This document shows, one piece after another, positions 23,853 through 24,000 of a stretch of DNA of 24,000 bases. The DNA is taken from assembly GCF_016938855.1 (NCBI RefSeq), contig NZ_JAFHAP010000018.1:9825-33824 (forward strand). The letters run 5' to 3'. A program made the position numbers and the translations under genes. This DNA comes from Polycladomyces zharkentensis (lineage in GTDB: Bacteria; Bacillota; Bacilli; Thermoactinomycetales; JIR-001). How positions within the stretch are numbered: the stretch's first letter is position 1; the number at the start of each line of letters is the position of its first letter. Below the pieces are notes generated by a model. It was not told the origin of the DNA. It saw nothing but the letters and a program-made list of their open reading frames with translations, and did no database searches.

Positions 23853-24000
23853 CATTCATTATTGTTTTTTTCGTCCGGTGGCATCCAGACATCAATAAAA
23901 ACGATTCGATCCGTTGGATCGTACAATTTGATACTCTTCGGATCAGAGGGGGAAGGGAGAGGCTTACTGGCTGCTTCGTATTGTAAAATTGCTTCCTCCA
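23853..24000 (-). CDS. 3' end of an unidentified gene running off the window
   Basis: An open frame on the - strand reads ...EEAILQYEAASKPLPSPSDPKSIKLYDPTDRIVFIDVWMPPDEKNNNE and ends at TGA 23855-23853. No domain was recognised and only 48 codons are visible. Confidence 0.3.

Noticed and set aside
1-24000. CRISPR arrays, tRNA genes and rRNA genes
   Set aside because: I noticed no regularly spaced direct repeats, no cloverleaf-compatible segments ending near CCA, and no rRNA-like conserved stretches while reading both strands.

Overview
This is a chromosomal segment from a moderately GC-rich, Bacillales-like Firmicute, inferred from gene content and GGAGG-type ribosome-binding sites. On the + strand from 1 to 9.5 kb lie: the 3' part of a TrkH/KtrB K+ uptake subunit; an orphan two-gene ABC system (short permease plus an ATPase with degenerate signature, D-loop and H-loop); a TPR-like protein; a small acidic protein; a MerR regulator overlapping an MFS efflux pump; an APC-family (ArcD/YvsH-like) amino-acid permease; and a DUF47(YkaA-like)/PiT phosphate transporter pair. 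The stretch from about 9.9 to 12.1 kb is a visibly AT-rich insert. It carries a TetR regulator and two paired SMR efflux genes (- strand) beside a frameshifted IS3-type transposase OrfA remnant. On the - strand from 12.3 to 20.2 kb lie an EamA/DMT permease, a UPF0421/ArAE-type exporter, lutR-lutABC (lactate utilisation) and an aldo/keto reductase. The + strand then carries an IMPase-family protein and PepV dipeptidase, followed by an AT-richer mosaic end (DUF917 C-terminal remnant, small ORFs). I saw no rRNA, tRNA or CRISPR array. The most notable observation is two diverged, co-oriented copies (about 210-225 nt) of a highly structured element at 14700-14910 and 18839-19063 that bracket lutR-lutABC. 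Substitutions between the copies keep the helices intact as G-U pairs only if the - strand is read. This suggests a cis-acting RNA that I cannot assign to any riboswitch or ribozyme class I know. All calls come from reading the sequence by eye; no database search was possible.
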